Below the pieces are notes generated by a model. The model was not told the DNA's origin and made no database searches. It was given only the letters and a program-made list of their open reading frames with translations. A stretch of DNA of 64,000 nt, from the NCBI GenBank assembly GCA_032718475.1, contig JAUCBJ010002985.1:1-64000 (forward strand). Reading direction: 5' to 3'. The stretch's first letter is position 1; every line of letters begins with the position of its first letter. Position numbers and translations under genes: made by a program. The DNA is from Nemertoderma westbladi. Its lineage: Eukaryota; Animalia; Xenacoelomorpha. Shown one piece after another: positions 13,701 to 26,000 of the stretch.

Positions 13701-16700
13701 AGATCATCTAATATAGAGAGAGGGGAGATCATAGGATCTAATATAGAGAGAGGGGAGATCATTGGATCTAATATAGAGAGAGGGGAGATCATTGGATCTA
13801 ATATAGAGAGAGGGGAGATCATTGGATCTAATATAGAGAGAGGGGAGATCATTGGATCTAATATAGAGAGAGGGGAGATCATAGGATCTAATATAGAGAG
13901 AGGGGAGATCATAGGATCTAATGTAGAGAGAGGGGAGATCATTGGATCTAATATAGAGAGAGGGGAGATCATCTAATATAGAGAGAGGGGAGATCATTGG
14001 ATCTAATATAGAGAGAGGGGAGATCATAGGATCTAATATAGAGAGAGGGGAGATCATAGGATCTAATATAGAGAGAGGGGAGATCATAGGATCTAATATA
14101 GAGAGAGGGGAGATCATAGGATCTAATATAGAGAGAGGGGAGATCATAGGATCTAATATAGAGAGAGGGGAGATCATAGGATCTAATATAGAGAGAGGGG
14201 AGATCATCTAATATAGAGAGAGGGGAGATCATAGGATCTAATATAGAGAGAGGGGAGATCATCTAATATAGAGAGAGGGGAGATCATAGGATCTAATATA
14301 GAGAGAGGGGAGATCATAGGATCTAATATAGAGAGAGGGGAGATCATAGGATCTAATGTAGAGAGAGGGGAGATCATTGGATCTAATATAGAGAGAGGGG
14401 AGATCATCTAATATAGAGAGAGGGGAGATCATAGGATCTAATATAGAGAGAGGGGAGATCATTGGATCTAATATAGAGAGAGGGGAGATCATCTAATATA
14501 GAGAGAGGGGAGATCATAGGATCTAATATAGAGAGAGGGGAGATCATCTAATATAGAGAGAGGGGAGATCATTGGATCTAATATAGAGAGAGGGGAGATC
14601 ATTGGATCTAATATAGAGAGAGGGGAGATCATAGGATCTAATATAGAGAGAGGGGAGATCATTGGATCTAATATAGAGAGAGGGGAGATCATAGGATCTA
14701 ATATAGAGAGAGGGGAGATCATTGGATCTAATATAGAGAGAGGGGAGATCATAGGATCTAATTTAGAGAGAGGGGAGATCATAGGATCTAATATAGAGAG
14801 AAGGGAGATCATTGGATCTAATATAGAGAGAGGGGAGATCATCTAATATAGAGAGAGGAGAGATCATTGGATCTAATATAGAGAGAGGGGAGATCATTGG
14901 ATCTAATATAGAGAGAGGGGAGATCATTGGATCTAATATAGAGAGAGGGGAGATCATTGGATCTAATATAGAGAGAGGGGAGATCATTGGATCTAATATA
15001 GAGAGAGGGGAGATCATTGGATCTAATATAGAGAGAGGGGAGATCATTGGATCTAATATAGAGAGAGGGGAGATCATAGGATCTAATATAGAGAGAGGGG
15101 AGATCATAGGATCTAATATAGAGAGAAGGGAGATCATTGGATCTAATATAGAGAGAGGGGAGATCATTGGATCTAATATAGAGAGAGGGGAGATCATAGG
15201 ATCTAATGTAGAGAGAGGGGAGATCATAGGATCTAATATAGAGAGAAGGGAGATCATTGGATCTAATATAGAGAGAGGGGAGATCATCTAATATAGAGAG
15301 AGGGGAGATCATCTAATATAGAGAGAGGGGAGATCATAGGATCTAATATAGAGAGAGGGGAGATCATTGGATCTAATATAGAGAGAGGGGAGATCATTGG
15401 ATCTAATATAGAGAGAGGGGAGATCATAGGATCTAATATAGAGAGAGGGGAGATCATTGGATCTAATATAGAGAGAGGGGAGATACTAGGATCTAATATA
15501 GAGAGAGGGGAGATCATCTAATATAGAGAGAGGGGAGATCATAGGATCTAATATAGAGAGAGGGGAGATCATTGGATCTAATATAGAGAGAGGGGAGATC
15601 ATTGGATCTAATATAGAGAGAGGGGAGATCATAGGATCTAATATAGAGAGAGGGGAGATCATAGGATCTAATATAGAGAGAGGGGAGATCATAGGATCTA
15701 ATATAGAGAGAGGGGAGATCATAGGATCTAATATAGAGAGAGGGGAGATACTAGGATCTAATATAGAGAGAGGGGAGATCATAGGATCTAATATAGAGAG
15801 AGGGGAGATCATTGGATCTAATATAGAGAGAGGGGAGATCATAGGATCTAATGTAGAGAGAGGGGAGATCATAGGATCTAATATAGAGAGAGGGGAGATC
15901 ATAGGATCTAATATAGAGAGAGGGGAGATCATAGGATCTAATATAGAGAGAGGGGAGATCATAGGATCTAATATAGAGAGAGGGGAGATCATTGGATCTA
16001 ATATAGAGAGAGGGGAGATACTAGATCTAATATAGAGAGAGGGGAGATCATCTAATATAGAGAGAAGGGAGATCATAGGATCTAATATAGAGAGAGGGGA
16101 GATCATTGGATCTAATATAGAGAGAGGGGAGATCATTGGATCTAATATAGAGAGAGGGGAGATCATAGGATCTAATATAGAGAGAGGGGAGATCATTGGA
16201 TCTAATATAGAGAGAGGGGAGATCATAGGATCTAATATAGAGAGAGGGGAGATCATCTAATATAGAGAGAGGGGAGATCATAGGATCTAATATAGAGAGA
16301 GGGGAGATCATTGGATCTAATATAGAGAGAGGGGAGATCATTGGATCTAATATAGAGAGAGGGGAGATCATTGGATCTAATATAGAGAGAGGGGAGATCA
16401 TTGGATCTAATATAGAGAGAGGGGAGATCATAGGATCTAATATAGAGAGAGGGGAGATCATAGGATCTAATATAGAGAGAGGGGAGATCATTGCATCTAA
16501 TATAGAGAGAGGGGAGATCATTCTAATATAGAGAGAGGGGAGATCATTGGATCTAATATAGAGAGAGGGGAGATCATAGGATCTAATATAGAGAGAGGGG
16601 AGATCATAGGATCTAATATAGAGAGAGGGGAGATCATAGGATCTAATATAGAGAGAGGGGAGATCATTGGATCTAATATAGAGAGAGGGGAGATCATAGG

Positions 16701-18996
16701 ATCTAATATAGAGAGAGGGGAGATCATCTAATATAGAGAGAGGGGAGATCATAGGATCTAATATAGAGAGAGGGGAGATCATAGGATCTAATATAGAGAG
16801 AGGGGAGATCATCTAATATAGAGAGAGGGGAGATCATAGGATCTAATATAGAGAGAGGGGAGATCATAGGATCTAATATAGAGAGAGGGGAGATCATAGG
16901 ATCTAATGTAGAGAGAGGGGAGATCATTGGATCTAATATAGAGAGAGGGGAGATCATCTAATATAGAGAGAGGGGAGATCATAGGATCTAATATAGAGAG
17001 AGGGGAGATCATTGGATCTAATATAGAGAGAGGGGAGATCATCTAATATAGAGAGAGGGGAGATCATAGGATCTAATATAGAGAGAGGGGAGATCATCTA
17101 ATATAGAGAGAGGGGAGATCATTGGATCTAATATAGAGAGAGGGGAGATCATTGGATCTAATATAGAGAGAGGGGAGATCATAGGATCTAATATAGAGAG
17201 AGGGGAGATCATTGGATCTAATATAGAGAGAGGGGAGATCATAGGATCTAATATAGAGAGAGGGGAGATCATAGGATCTAATATAGAGAGAGGGGAGATC
17301 ATTGGATCTAATATAGAGAGAGGGGAGATCATCTAATATAGAGAGAGGGGAGATCATTGGATCTAATATAGAGAGAGGGGAGATCATTGGATCTAATATA
17401 GAGAGAGGGGAGATCATAGGATCTAATTTAGAGAGAGGGGAGATCATAGGATCTAATATAGAGAGAGGGGAGATCATTGGATCTAATATAGAGAGAGGGG
17501 AGATCATCTAATATAGAGAGAGGGGAGATCATTGGATCTAATATAGAGAGAGGGGAGATCATTGGATCTAATATAGAGAGAGGGGAGATCATTGGATCTA
17601 ATATAGAGAGAGGGGAGATCATTGGATCTAATATAGAGAGAGGGGAGATCATTGGATCTAATATAGAGAGAGGGGAGATCATTGGATCTAATATAGAGAG
17701 AGGGGAGATCATTGGATCTAATATAGAGAGAGGGGAGATCATAGGATCTAATATAGAGAGAGGGGAGATCATAGGATCTAATATAGAGAGAGGGGAGATC
17801 ATTGGATCTAATATAGAGAGAGGGGAGATCATTGGATCTAATATAGAGAGAGGGGAGATCATAGGATCTAATGTAGAGAGAGGGGAGATCATAGGATCTA
17901 ATATAGAGAGAGGGGAGATCATTGGATCTAATATAGAGAGAGGGGAGATCATCTAATATAGAGAGAGGGGAGATCATCTAATATAGAGAGAGGGGAGATC
18001 ATAGGATCTAATATAGAGAGAGGGGAGATCATTGGATCTAATATAGAGAGAGGGGAGATCATTGGATCTAATATAGAGAGAGGGGAGATCATAGGATCTA
18101 ATATAGAGAGAGGGGAGATCATTGGATCTAATATAGAGAGAGGGGAGATACTAGGATCTAATATAGAGAGAGGGGAGATCATCTAATATAGAGAGAGGGG
18201 AGATCATAGGATCTAATATAGAGAGAGGGGAGATCATTGGATCTAATATAGAGAGAGGGGAGATCATTGGATCTAATATAGAGAGAGGGGAGATCATAGG
18301 ATCTAATATAGAGAGAGGGGAGATCATAGGATCTAATATAGAGAGAGGGGAGATCATAGGATCTAATATAGAGAGAGGGGAGATCATAGGATCTAATATA
18401 GAGAGAGGGGAGATACTAGGATCTAATATAGAGAGAGGGGAGATCATAGGATCTAATATAGAGAGAGGGGAGATCATTGGATCTAATATAGAGAGAGGGG
18501 AGATCATAGGATCTAATGTAGAGAGAGGGGAGATCATAGGATCTAATATAGAGAGAGGGGAGATCATAGGATCTAATATAGAGAGAGGGGAGATCATAGG
18601 ATCTAATATAGAGAGAGGGGAGATCATTGGATCTAATATAGAGAGAGGGGAGATACTAGAATCTAATATAGAGAGAGGGGAGATCATCTAATATAGAGAG
18701 AAGGGAGATCATAGGATCTAATATAGAGAGAGGGGAGATCATTGGATCTAATATAGAGAGAGGGGAGATCATTGGATCTAATATAGAGAGAGGGGAGATC
18801 ATTGGATCTAATATAGAGAGAGGGGAGATCATAGGATCTAATGTAGAGAGAGGGGAGATCATAGGATCTAATATAGAGAGAGGGGAGATCATAGGATCTA
18901 ATATAGAGAGAGGGGAGATCATAGGATCTAATATAGAGAGAGGGGAGATCATTGGATCTAATATAGAGAGAGGGGAGATACTAGAATCTAATATAG
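7793..18996. repeat. 30-bp satellite array, left arm
   Basis: Monomer TCTAATATAGAGAGAGGGGAGATCAT(A/T)GGA with frequent 25-bp deletion monomers; hundreds of copies. Confidence 0.99.
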
Positions 18997-19211
18997 CACC
19001 ATAGCACCTACCCAGATACTGTATAACCTCTGCACCCCCGTGTAGTAAGTATCATAGTTGGCATTGCTTCTACCTATACCTGAAGTAAGATATAGTGGGT
19101 AGGTTGCTAGTGGCTATGTATAGTACATGATACCGGCCCTACGCCTAGCTGCCTTTGAAGTTGACCGACTGGGCTGCTTTCGCCACGCTTCGATAGGTTG
19201 CCTGAAGAGGA

Positions 19212-22200
19212 ATGCCGTGTTGCGGTTGCGGCTTCAACAGCACTTGCGTGCGGGGCTGCGCCTGCGTGAAGGGAAAGATAGACTGCCTGGACTGCGTTCC
19301 AGGTACGCGAAGACAGTGCCGGAATGGTGGGGCCGGTTCGCAGATCAGCCAATCCCAACCCACCCCGACCAGCGATGGACCACGTGATTTGGCTGCACCT
19401 ACTTCGTTCTCCCAGCCGACTCCTGCCGAGAAGGGGAGGGCGGACGAGTCCTTCGATGAGACGTTGGTGGAATTGTCGGACAGCGATGGTTCATTCCACT
19501 CGCTCAGTGACACCCTGGTGTCGGGTGCATCTCCCCGGGCCCCCATTGTGTCTGGTGTCGCCACTACTGTGTCTGGTGTTGCCCCCCTCGCCCCTACGGT
19601 GTCTGGTGTCGCCCACCTCGCCCCTATGGTGTCTGATGTCGCCCCCCTCGCCCCTACGGTGTATGGTGTCGCCCCCCTCGCCCCTACGGTGTCTGGTTTT
19701 GCCCCCCTCGCCCCTACGGTGTCCGGTGTTGCCCCCCTCACCCCTATGGCGTCCGGTGTTGCCCCCCTCTCCCCTATGGTGTCCGGGGTCGCCCCTTCGG
19801 TGTCTGGTGTCGCCCCCCTCGCCCCAACGGTGTCTGTTTTAGCCCCCCCTGCCCCTAGGGTGTCCGGCGTTGCCCCCCTCGCCCCTATGGTGTCCGGCAT
19901 TGCCCCCCTCGCCCCTACGGTGTCCGGCGTTGCCCCCCTCGCCCCTACGGTGTCCGGCGTTGCCCCCCTCGCCCCTAGGGTGTCCGGCGTTGCCAGGAGT
20001 TCGCCTGTAGAAGCGGTTTGGTGCGACAGTAGATTTCCCACTCAACGGTTGGAGTCCGCAATAACCCAAGCGTACGATACCATTGTACACTGGCGGGCTA
20101 ATCTGTTCCTGGTCCCCCCTGGTGCTATAGGTAGAGACCTGGTCAGTGAGATGTCGAGGATCGTTGGGCTGGCAACTATGGAAAACCCGCTACAGAAGGT
20201 CGCCCTCCCTGCGCTGATGATACTGCCTGCCCTGCTTCTACAGAAACCCAGTCGCAAGTCCACCACGGCGACCAATAGAAGCGTGCTGGTGAGGAGGCTG
20301 GCGAGCTGGAAGAGGGCCGAGTTTAAGGAGTTGCTCGTTGAAGCCCGGGCTATCCAAGCCCACCTCCCGAAACGGGTTCAATCCGTGTCGCAGAACGTCG
20401 CGCAACAGAAGGCTTTCATCCGCCACATGCTGACCGGGAACATCTCGGCAGCTACCAGATGCCTCGGTCAGTTACACCGGGGTAAACCTTTGGGACTCAA
20501 CGACACGTTCACGGATAAAGACGGTGTCACAAAGGTGGTTCGCGAGGTATTGCTGGAGAAGCACCCTCCCGCCAAACCCGCGGACAAGTCGATCATGCTG
20601 ACCGAGTTCGAGGGCGCTCCCGAGCACCACGCCGTGGTGTTCGAACAGCTGACCGGGCAGCTGGTTCTCTCCAGCCTGCTCAGGATGAAGGGGAACGCCG
20701 CGGGTCCTTCCGGTGTCGATGTTCAGGGGTGGAAACACCTGCTGACGAAGTTCCGCTCGCAGTCTACGGAGTTGTGCGATCGGATCGCGAGTCTGGGTAA
20801 ACTCATCTCGCAGACCACGGTTCCCTCCGGGACTCTGTCGGCGCTGTTATCCGCCCGACTCATCGCGCTAGATAAGAACCCCGGCGTCCGACCCATCGGG
20901 ATCGGCGAGGTTCTCCGACGAGTGATCGGGAAGGCGGCGATCCGCTGCATTCGCGAAGATCTGGAGACGGTTGGCGGGCCGGTGCAGCTCTGTCTGGGGC
21001 AGAAGTCCGGCATCGAGTACGCTGTCCACAGTCTAAATGACGCGTTCGAGCGGGACGACTGCGACGGCGTTCTCCAGGTGGATGCAACCAACGCGTTTAA
21101 CGCGCTCAACCGTGAGGGGGCGTTACACAACATCCGCGTAGTGTGCCCCGGGCTCCACAAGATCGTAGCTAACTGCTACAGCGAACCGGCGCGGCTGTTC
21201 GTGGGGGGGGAAACCTTGCTGTCGGAGGAAGGAACAACCCAAGGAGACCCCGTCGCGATGGCCATGTACGGCTGTGGGGCGCTCCCGTTCGTGTGCGAGT
21301 TGGAGCGTGGGTGTACCACGGATCAGAAATGGTACGCAGACGACGGGAACGCGGCTGGGAAGCTGACTGAGCTCCTGAAGTTCCTTGTGATCGCGCTGAC
21401 CCGGGGGCCGCTCTATGGGTACTACCCCACCAAGTGTTGCCTCACCGTGAAACCGGACAAACTTGCGGAGGCAGAGAAGCTGTTCGCCGGCTACAACGTC
21501 TCCATCAACTGTGTCGGGAACAAACTCCTTGGTGGTGTCATCGGGACCGAGGAGTTCCGTCGGAGTTTCACCCAGGAGAAGGTTGAGGGGTTCGCAGCCG
21601 ACGTCGAACGACTTAGCGATATAGCGGCGGTGGACCCGCACTGCGCCTATGCGGGGTTGGCGTTCGGCCTGGCGTGCCGCTGGCGCTACATTGCCCGGGT
21701 GGTTCCGGGTGCGACGGACCAATTCGGGGAGTTGGAGGAGGCGGTAAACCGGTTTCTCTGCCGCCTCACGGACCGCCCAGCCATTCCGGTGGATGAGCGG
21801 GAGTTGTTGTCGCTGCCGATTCGCGACGGCGGGCTTGGAATACCAGTTCCTCAGGATCTCTCGTCTCAGTACCGGCACTCCCGCCTCGTGTGTGAACCGT
21901 TCGTCGAGGCCACCGCGGAATCCATGTCGGGGGTCAGGGAGGAACAGATGAAGGTTGTGAAGTCAATCAAAATTGTGGCAGCGGCTGTAAACAAAATAAA
22001 GAAGGACCAAGTAATAGCCAAGCTGCCCCAACTCCAAGCCAACCTTTGTAACCTGGTAAGCGAGAAAGGAGCGTCCGCCTGGCTGAACTGCAAACCTCTG
22101 ACTCTACATGAAACTCACCTCGATAAACAAGAGTTCCGCGACTCCTTGTGCCTCCGCTACGGCTGGACGCCGCCGAATCTTCCATCTCGTTGTGCCTGTG

Positions 22201-22847
22201 GGGTGCGATTTACCTCGTCCCACGTCCTGTCGTGCCCCACTGGAGGATTCCCCTCCATTCGGCACAACGAGATCCGCGACTTCGTTGCCGACACCCTAAC
22301 CGAGGTGGCCCACAATGTAGGGGTGGAACCGCAACTCCAGCCATTATCGGGCGAGACTTTCAGTCATCGGTCGACTTCGACAGACCAGCAGGCGAGGCTA
22401 GACGTTTCGGTGAGCGGATTCTGGGGCAACCGCTTCCAGAAGACGTTCATCGACGTCTCAGTCTTTAATCCGCTGGCAGACACCAACGCGGCGATGTCCC
22501 TTCCGGCAGCCCACCTACACCACGAGTCTCGCAAGAGACTCAAGTACGAGGACCGGTTGCGGGAAGTCGAGCACGCCAGCTTCACTCCGCTTATCTTCTC
22601 GACGTTCGGTGGAACTTCGCCGGCAGCGTCGCAGTTCCTCAAGCGCTTGTCACTGAAGCTGTCCGACAAACGTGACTACCCGTACTCCGAGTGCGTGGCG
22701 TGGGTGCGCAGGCGGCTGAGCTTCGCGCTATTGCGATCAGCCCTCCTCTGTCTGCGTGGCAATCGGTCCGCCAGGAAGCGTCCGGTGAGGTGCGATGTTG
22801 GGGAAACGTCCATCGTCCTCAGTAACGCCGACAGCAATCCGGTGTGA
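19212..22847 (+). CDS. 1211-aa retrotransposon protein: Cys-rich N-terminus, Pro/Ala repeat, reverse transcriptase, CCHC knuckle, restriction-like endonuclease
   Basis: RT motifs PGVRPIGIGEVLRR, VDATNAFN, GTTQGDP, WYADD and GGLG. Knuckle CACG...HVLSC followed by RHNEIRD. RLE motif RLDV...FIDV...E..K..KY. The ORF is uninterrupted. Confidence 0.95.
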   Translation: MPCCGCGFNSTCVRGCACVKGKIDCLDCVPGTRRQCRNGGAGSQISQSQPTPTSDGPRDLAAPTSFSQPTPAEKGRADESFDETLVELSDSDGSFHSLSDTLVSGASPRAPIVSGVATTVSGVAPLAPTVSGVAHLAPMVSDVAPLAPTVYGVAPLAPTVSGFAPLAPTVSGVAPLTPMASGVAPLSPMVSGVAPSVSGVAPLAPTVSVLAPPAPRVSGVAPLAPMVSGIAPLAPTVSGVAPLAPTVSGVAPLAPRVSGVARSSPVEAVWCDSRFPTQRLESAITQAYDTIVHWRANLFLVPPGAIGRDLVSEMSRIVGLATMENPLQKVALPALMILPALLLQKPSRKSTTATNRSVLVRRLASWKRAEFKELLVEARAIQAHLPKRVQSVSQNVAQQKAFIRHMLTGNISAATRCLGQLHRGKPLGLNDTFTDKDGVTKVVREVLLEKHPPAKPADKSIMLTEFEGAPEHHAVVFEQLTGQLVLSSLLRMKGNAAGPSGVDVQGWKHLLTKFRSQSTELCDRIASLGKLISQTTVPSGTLSALLSARLIALDKNPGVRPIGIGEVLRRVIGKAAIRCIREDLETVGGPVQLCLGQKSGIEYAVHSLNDAFERDDCDGVLQVDATNAFNALNREGALHNIRVVCPGLHKIVANCYSEPARLFVGGETLLSEEGTTQGDPVAMAMYGCGALPFVCELERGCTTDQKWYADDGNAAGKLTELLKFLVIALTRGPLYGYYPTKCCLTVKPDKLAEAEKLFAGYNVSINCVGNKLLGGVIGTEEFRRSFTQEKVEGFAADVERLSDIAAVDPHCAYAGLAFGLACRWRYIARVVPGATDQFGELEEAVNRFLCRLTDRPAIPVDERELLSLPIRDGGLGIPVPQDLSSQYRHSRLVCEPFVEATAESMSGVREEQMKVVKSIKIVAAAVNKIKKDQVIAKLPQLQANLCNLVSEKGASAWLNCKPLTLHETHLDKQEFRDSLCLRYGWTPPNLPSRCACGVRFTSSHVLSCPTGGFPSIRHNEIRDFVADTLTEVAHNVGVEPQLQPLSGETFSHRSTSTDQQARLDVSVSGFWGNRFQKTFIDVSVFNPLADTNAAMSLPAAHLHHESRKRLKYEDRLREVEHASFTPLIFSTFGGTSPAASQFLKRLSLKLSDKRDYPYSECVAWVRRRLSFALLRSALLCLRGNRSARKRPVRCDVGETSIVLSNADSNPV
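19549..19994 (+). repeat. Coding 30-bp minisatellite (SGVAPLAPTV)n inside the retrotransposon ORF
   Basis: About 15 copies of GTGTCYGGYGTYGCCCCCCTCGCCCCTAYG, all in frame. Confidence 0.9.
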
Positions 22848-23080
22848 TGGGCAGTTCATTACAGTACAGCAGTATTCAGGTATTAGCTGCAGACAGTACT
22901 GGTATGGCAGTCCTGTAGGCAATATTCTACCTTGTGTTTATACGGTTGCTAGGTGATGGGTAATGACAGCTGGTGGTGGTTGAATTATGTTTGTCCAGTA
23001 ATTGTTGTGCTTCGTGTGTTATTTTTAAAGATGAATATAATATAATATACTGTCAATGTCCTGAGGAAGTTAAAAAAAAA

Positions 23081-26000
23081 AGAATCTAATATAGAGAGAG
23101 GGGAGATCATCTAATATAGAGAGAGGGGAGATCATAGGATCTAATATAGAGAGAGGGGAGATCATTGGATCTAATATAGAGAGAGGGGAGATCATTGGAT
23201 CTAATATAGAGAGAGGGGAGATCATTGGATCTAATATAGAGAGAGGGGAGATCATAGGATCTAATATAGAGAGAGGGGAGATCATTGGATCTAATATAGA
23301 GAGAGGGGAGATACTAGAATCTAATATAGAGAGAGGGGAGATCATCTAATATAGAGAGAGGGGAGATCATATGATCTAATATAGAGAGAGGGGAGATCAT
23401 AGGATCTAATATAGAGAGAGGGGAGATACTAGGATCTAATATAGAGAGAGGGGAGATCATAGGATCTAATATAGAGAGAGGGGAGATCATAGGATCTAAT
23501 ATAGAGAGAGGGGAGATCATTGGATCTAATATAGAGAGAGGGGAGATACTAGAATCTAATATAGAGAGAGGGGAGATCATCTAATATAGAGAGAGGGGAG
23601 ATCATAGGATCTAATATAGAGAGAGGGGAGATCATTGGATCTAATATAGAGAGAGGGGAGATCATTGGATCTAATATCGAGAGAGGGGAGATACTAGAAT
23701 CTAATATAGAGAGAGGGGAGATCATCTAATATAGAGAGAGGGGAGATCATAGGATCTAATATAGAGAGAGGGGAGATCATAGGATCTAATATAGAGAGAG
23801 GGGAGATACTAGGATCTAATATAGAGAGAGGGGAGATCATAGGATCTAATATAGAGAGAGGGGAGATCATAGGATCTAATATAGAGAGAGGGGAGATCAT
23901 TGGATCTAATATAGAGAGAGGGGAGATACTAGAATCTAATATAGAGAGAGGGGAGATCATCTAATATAGAGAGAGGGGAGATCATAGGATCTAATATAGA
24001 GAGAGGGGAGATCATAGGATCTAATATAGAGAGAGGAGAGATACTAGGATCTAATATAGAGAGAGGGGAGATCACAGGATCTAATATAGAGAGAGGGGAG
24101 ATCATTGGATCTAATATAGAGAGAGGGGAGATCATAGGATCTAATGTAGAGAGAGGGGAGATCATAGGATCTAATATAGAGAGAGGGGAGATCATAGGAT
24201 CTAATATAGAGAGAGGGGAGATCATAGGATCTAATATAGAGAGAGGGGAGATCATTGGATCTAATATAGAGAGAGGGGAGATACTAGAATCTAATATAGA
24301 GAGAGGGGAGATCATCTAATATAGAGAGAGGGGAGATCATAGGATCTAATATAGAGAGAGGGGAGATCATTGGATCTAATATAGAGAGAGGGGAGATCAT
24401 TGGATCTAATATAGAGAGAGGGGAGATCATTGGATCTAATATAGAGAGAGGGGAGATCATAGGATCTAATGTAGAGAGAGGGGAGATCATAGGATCTAAT
24501 ATAGAGAGAGGGGAGATCATAGGATCTAATATAGAGAGAGGGGAGATCATAGGATCTAATATAGAGAGAGGGGAGATCATTGCATCTAATATAGAGAGAG
24601 GGGAGATACTAGAATCTAATATAGAGAGAGGGGAGATCATCTAATATAGAGAGAGGGGAGATCATAGGATCTAATATAGAGAGAGGGGAGATCATAGGAT
24701 CTAATGTAGAGAGAGGGGAGATCATAGGATCTAATATAGAGAGAGGGGAGATCATAGGATCTAATATAGAGAGAGGGGAGATCATTGGATCTAATATAGA
24801 GAGAGGGGAGATACTAGGATCTAATATAGAGAGAGGGGAGATCATCTAATATAGAGAGTGGGGAGATCATAGGATCTAATATAGAGAGAGGGGAGATCAT
24901 TGGATCTAATATAGAGAGATGGGAGATACTAGGATCTAATATAGAGAGAGGGGAGATCATTGGATCTAATATAGAGAGAGGGGAGATCATTGGATCTAAT
25001 ATAGAGAGAGGGGAGATACTAGGATCTAATATAGAGAGAGGGGAGATCATAGGATCTAATATAGAGAGAGGGGAGATACTAGGATCTAATATAGAGAGAG
25101 GGGAGATCATTGGATCTAATATAGAGAGAGGGGAGATACTAGGATCTAATATAGAGAGAGAGGGGAGATCGTAGGATCTAATATAGAGAGAGGGGAGATC
25201 ATAGGATCTAATATAGAGAGAGGGGAGATCATTGGATCTAATATAGAGAGAGGGGAGATCATCTAATATAGAGAGAGGGGAGATCATTAGATCTAATATA
25301 GAGAGAGGGGAGATCATCTAATATAGAGAGAGGGGAGATCATAGGATCTAATATAGAGAGAGGGGAGATCATTGGATCCAATATAGAGAGAGGGGAGATC
25401 ATAGGATCTAATATAGAGAGAGGGGAGATCATCTAATATAGAGAGAGGGGAGATCATTGGATCTAATATAGAGAGAGGGGAGATCATCTAATATAGAGAG
25501 AGGGGAGATCATAGGATCTAATATAGAGAGAGGGGAGATCATTGGATCTAATATAGAGAGAGGGGAGATCATAGGATCTAATATAGAGAGAGGGGAGATC
25601 ATCTAATATAGAGAGAGGGGAGATCATTGGATCTAATATAGAGAGAGGGGAGATCATCTAATATAGAGAGAGGGGAGATCATCTAATATAGAGAGAGGGG
25701 AGATCATTGGATCTAATATAGAGAGAGGGGAGATACTAGGATCTAATATAGAGAGAGGGGAGATCATTGGATCTAATATAGAGAGAGGGGAGATCATTGG
25801 ATCTAATATAGAGAGAGGGGAGATACTAGGATCTAATATAGAGAGAGGGGAGATCATCTAATATAGAGAGTGGGGAGATCATAGGATCTAATATAGAGAG
25901 AGGGGAGATCATTGGATCTAATATAGAGAGAGGGGAGATCATTGGATCTAATATAGAGAGAGGGGAGATCATAGGATCTAATATAGAGAGAGGGGAGATC

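Larger units (their letters stand above)
18997..23080 (+). mobile_element. Full-length CRE-like (RLE-type, early-branching) non-LTR retrotransposon
   Basis: GC-rich 4.1-kb insert in the satellite, with a single RT+RLE ORF, a poly(A) tail at 23072-23080 and TSD AGAATCTAATATAG at 18983-18996 and 23081-23094. Confidence 0.9.

Noticed and set aside
19549-19994. Origin of the retrotransposon's coding repeat by capture of the host satellite
   Set aside because: The period is the same (30 bp), but the only similarity is a CCCCTC-like run, which is not enough to claim homology.
19107-22922. Antisense and alternative-frame ORFs in the CRE-like element (e.g. 19145-20041, 21123-21878)
   Set aside because: Expected shadows of a GC-rich coding strand and its 30-bp repeat; no motifs.
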